The notes beneath the pieces are model-generated. The model worked only from the letters and a program-made list of their open reading frames with translations, was not told where the DNA came from and ran no database searches. Shown one piece after another: positions 60,933-64,000 of a DNA stretch of 64,000 nucleotides; within the stretch, counting starts at the first letter, position 1; every line of letters begins with the position of its first letter. A program made the position numbers and the translations under genes. The DNA lies in assembly GCA_964430885.1 (NCBI GenBank), contig CAYSHM010000011.1:14178-78177 (forward strand), in the 5' to 3' direction. The DNA is from an uncultured archaeon. Its GTDB lineage: Archaea > Thermoplasmatota > Penumbrarchaeia > JASLWR01.

Positions 60933-61985
60933 TTATTTGCGATTATTTTTATGCCACACACCCATTTTTTTATTAGTGTTCTCATTCTCAAGAGTTATTC
61001 CCCTTTTTGTGAGTGATAGCTTATGTGTTTCAATATTGAACCGTTCCAAAGCTTTTATCGCTTCTTTTGGTGTTTCGGTAAGGGCGATGAAACTGCCACC
61101 GCCGCCGGCACCGGTAAGCTTTGCACCTAAAGAATACCTTCTGACCACTTTTATTAACTGCTCAAGACGGGGATGACTAACGCCAAGTATCCCCAGTAAT
61201 TTATGGTTATGGTTCATCAGTTCTCCGGTTCTTTTCAGATCTCTCCTTTCAAGTGCTTCGACACCTGCTTCTACAACCTCACCTATATCAGTAATTATCT
61301 CCATTCCGAAATTGCTTTTATTGACAAAATCTTTCACTTTATTCACCTGATCTTGAGTTCGGGATTTAATGCCAGTATTGCCCAGGATCAATTGGATATT
61401 AGGTGTATCCATGTGATGAATGAACCAAGTTTTATCGTCTTTTGAAATGTCCCATAGAAAGTTATCTCCTTTTTCCCTTCTGATAATTATCCCTGATCCA
61501 TGAGTTGAGGCCGAGGTGTCTATTGGTGAGGCTTTCCCTTGGGTTGTATATTCAATATTGAATGCCCTATTAGCTATGGCCTGTTCGAGTTTTGTCCTTT
61601 TCTCATGGAGCAAAGGGAGGTTCAATATCTTCTGAAAAATGTTAGGGGAATTTTTTTGTTTTCTTCTTCTCAACATTCCCAAAGAGGCCGATGTGCACAC
61701 CGAAAGGGCTGCGGAGGAACCCAGACCCGCGGCTGTAGGTATTTGGGATTCAACCAAATAATCTATACCTGTTCCTTTCCAATAATTATTGACGCCATGA
61801 TAAATATAGGAATGATAATATGGGGATAAATCATAATTATTTACTTTGAACCCTTCTCCTGGCTCAAATGACATATACATTCTTTTTTCAACAGCTACTG
61901 CAACAGCAGGTTCACCATAAACCACTGCATGTTCGCCAAATAGAATTACCTTCCCAGGTGCTGAAATATATGTCATTGGATCCAT
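60933..61985 (-). CDS. mvk: Mevalonate kinase
   Basis: SAPGKVILFGEHAVVYG, PTAAGLGSSAA, GAKLTGAGGGG. Confidence 0.93.
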   Translation of the reverse strand: MDPMTYISAPGKVILFGEHAVVYGEPAVAVAVEKRMYMSFEPGEGFKVNNYDLSPYYHSYIYHGVNNYWKGTGIDYLVESQIPTAAGLGSSAALSVCTSASLGMLRRRKQKNSPNIFQKILNLPLLHEKRTKLEQAIANRAFNIEYTTQGKASPIDTSASTHGSGIIIRREKGDNFLWDISKDDKTWFIHHMDTPNIQLILGNTGIKSRTQDQVNKVKDFVNKSNFGMEIITDIGEVVEAGVEALERRDLKRTGELMNHNHKLLGILGVSHPRLEQLIKVVRRYSLGAKLTGAGGGGSFIALTETPKEAIKALERFNIETHKLSLTKRGITLENENTNKKMGVWHKNNRK

Positions 61986-62036
61986 TTTTCCTTTAATGAT
62001 TATTTCTGAATTTCATATTGAAAAATAACAATAGGG

Positions 62037-64000
62037 TCAGTCCCAATCCTCAATTATTTCCTCCCCGTCCTTCTCTTCTACTTCTTCTATATCGTCCCAT
62101 TCTTCAGTCCAATCTTCATCACCTTCCCATTCCTCCTCTTCGACTTTCCCTTCATCACTGCCCAGTTTATCTTCTATCTTCCCTCTGTAGCCACTCCCAT
62201 TTCCATCCTGCTTATATTTGTAGACATCAATAACATCAGGCTTCTCAAGCTCATTCAAACTATCCTGAATTCGTTTTTCAAGTTCATCTTCATCCTGAAA
62301 ATCATTATCTTTATCCATGAACTCTTCCATGTACAAACTTGATCCGAATAAATCGTGGTTATCAGAGGCAAAAGTTTCAGATTCAATGGAACTGTATTCA
62401 ATTTCCCCTTCCTTCTCATTTTCTTGGCTGCCGTTTATTGTGAAATCCATCAATTCTCTGCCATCGATACATCTGTGCATGTTTTTTCTGGCTTCCTTAT
62501 ATGATCTCTGCATCTGTCTCTTTTCAACCCTTGAACTGAGCTCTTTATGCTCTTTGATGAGTCTCTGGTATCTGTTTTTCCTTCTTTCAATTATTACCTT
62601 TATAGCCAGAAAGACCAGTAATAGCATGACCATACCTATAGAGACTACCCAGATCCAGTTATTCTGAATGAATGACAATTCTTTATCTTTCTCTGACTCT
62701 TCTTCTATGTCTGTGTTGTTGATAAATATTACATTAACTGTTTTAGATATAGAGTGAGACCCATTATCGTCATCAGTGACTTTGAGGGTTATAATATATT
62801 CACCTGGATTTTGGAATTCATAGGTGATATATCTTCCGTAATATGTGCCGTCCGGAAAGTCCCATTGGTAAATGAGGTCATTTATCTCGTCATCATCCGG
62901 ATCGGTAGTCCCCGCTCCGCTGAATATTATTCTTTCCCCACTTGTTATTTCAGATTTATCCATGCCAATTCTGGCAGTCGGGTCTATATTCTCTATCACG
63001 ATTATTAAAGATGCCATATCCGATTTCAGACCCCTGGAATCAAACACTACTAAAGTAACATTGTATATCCCGTCCTCTGAAAAGATATATGAAACAGGGG
63101 TCATATCCGTAACTAAGACTGTTCCGTCACCAAAATTCCATGAACAGTTTGTAACTACATCGTCGTCAGAATAGGACAAGGTACCGGAAAATGTGATATT
63201 CGTGATAACAGTCATCTTTTCGTCCTTGGGCAGATAGAAATAATTGAAAGCAGCAATGGGTTTAACAGGAGGGATAGGGATAGGTTTCACCTCTATTCTT
63301 ATAGTCGTAGAGCTATCGGAGACTTGCCCATAATTATCCTTAATAATAACTGAAGCATAGTAGATGCCTATCTTAGTATAGGTGTGATTTATCACTGATA
63401 CATTTAACCAGTCTGTGACGTGTCCGTCTCCGAAATCATATTTGTAATCGGTGATCGGGGTATCAGCCTTCGACCCGCTAGCATTGAAAGCTACAGATGT
63501 ATATACTATGATCTCAGTAATATCAGCATCCAATGTAGCAAAGGGGACCATGGGTCTTTCTATCTGGTTCAGAAATGTATTGAAACTGTTGTTTGATTCA
63601 TTGCTCTCTCTGATATTGTTATAGGGGTCCAGGATAATGTCAAGGGATACATAGGAGTTTTCCGAATACCAGGAGAGGTTCAGTTCAACACACTCAGTAT
63701 AATTGATCACTTCAATGACCTTGTTCACGAAGAGAACTGAATTAACAAAAAAGCGGAGGGTCACATCCCTGGCCGGCCGATAATCCAGATTGGTAATGTT
63801 CACGATGCTGTACATCTCCATTCCAATATAAGGCTCTTCATGACCATGCACGATATCAATGACGGTTAGGTCTGAAAGTCCAACACTGAAATTCAAATTT
63901 CCCTTGTTAATCACCTTGAAGAACATTCTGCCGTATCCATGGACATCGGATTCATGGAACAGTTCATAATAGTGAAAATATCTGGTATCATCAATATCTA
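62037..64000 (-). CDS. CARDB + PKD surface protein with TM and acidic tail (5' part outside window)
   Basis: DPYNNIRESNESNN (CARDB), three PKD units, TM, D/E/W-rich C-terminus. Confidence 0.8.
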   Translation of the reverse strand, partial: DIDDTRYFHYYELFHESDVHGYGRMFFKVINKGNLNFSVGLSDLTVIDIVHGHEEPYIGMEMYSIVNITNLDYRPARDVTLRFFVNSVLFVNKVIEVINYTECVELNLSWYSENSYVSLDIILDPYNNIRESNESNNSFNTFLNQIERPMVPFATLDADITEIIVYTSVAFNASGSKADTPITDYKYDFGDGHVTDWLNVSVINHTYTKIGIYYASVIIKDNYGQVSDSSTTIRIEVKPIPIPPVKPIAAFNYFYLPKDEKMTVITNITFSGTLSYSDDDVVTNCSWNFGDGTVLVTDMTPVSYIFSEDGIYNVTLVVFDSRGLKSDMASLIIVIENIDPTARIGMDKSEITSGERIIFSGAGTTDPDDDEINDLIYQWDFPDGTYYGRYITYEFQNPGEYIITLKVTDDDNGSHSISKTVNVIFINNTDIEEESEKDKELSFIQNNWIWVVSIGMVMLLLVFLAIKVIIERRKNRYQRLIKEHKELSSRVEKRQMQRSYKEARKNMHRCIDGRELMDFTINGSQENEKEGEIEYSSIESETFASDNHDLFGSSLYMEEFMDKDNDFQDEDELEKRIQDSLNELEKPDVIDVYKYKQDGNGSGYRGKIEDKLGSDEGKVEEEEWEGDEDWTEEWDDIEEVEEKDGEEIIEDWD

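Overview
Chromosomal window from an archaeon, most likely Thermoplasmatota of a sediment lineage resembling MBG-D/DHVEG-1. That assignment is inferred from the archaeal ribosomal and translation genes, the choice-of-anchor T/PGF-CTERM proteins and the extracellular C11/C25 peptidases. Housekeeping blocks: RPA operon, csl4, rps8e-srp19-aIF1A-rio1-dim2, thi4-thiDN, aIF5A, rps13-rps4-rps11-rpoD, mvk, tRNA-Pro(CGG) and tRNA-Leu(GAG). The window also holds a ~17 kb surface-glycosylation region (GT2, GT4, a giant GT-C/CBM protein, a flippase, three alkaline-phosphatase-superfamily enzymes) and many single-pass PKD/CARDB surface proteins. I saw no CRISPR array, integrase or transposase. Most notable observations: (i) both tRNA genes are flanked by structured elements containing direct and inverted copies of part of the tRNA; (ii) four genes, including aIF-1A, appear to need near-cognate start codons (CTG/ATC/ATA) behind clear SD motifs; (iii) a stand-alone AEP primase-like gene; (iv) a tandem pseudo-kinase/kinase thymidine kinase; (v) a presenilin homologue with a ~400-aa insert; (vi) a shared acidic-Trp C-terminal motif on unrelated membrane proteins. 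All calls come from motif recognition by eye, with no database searches.
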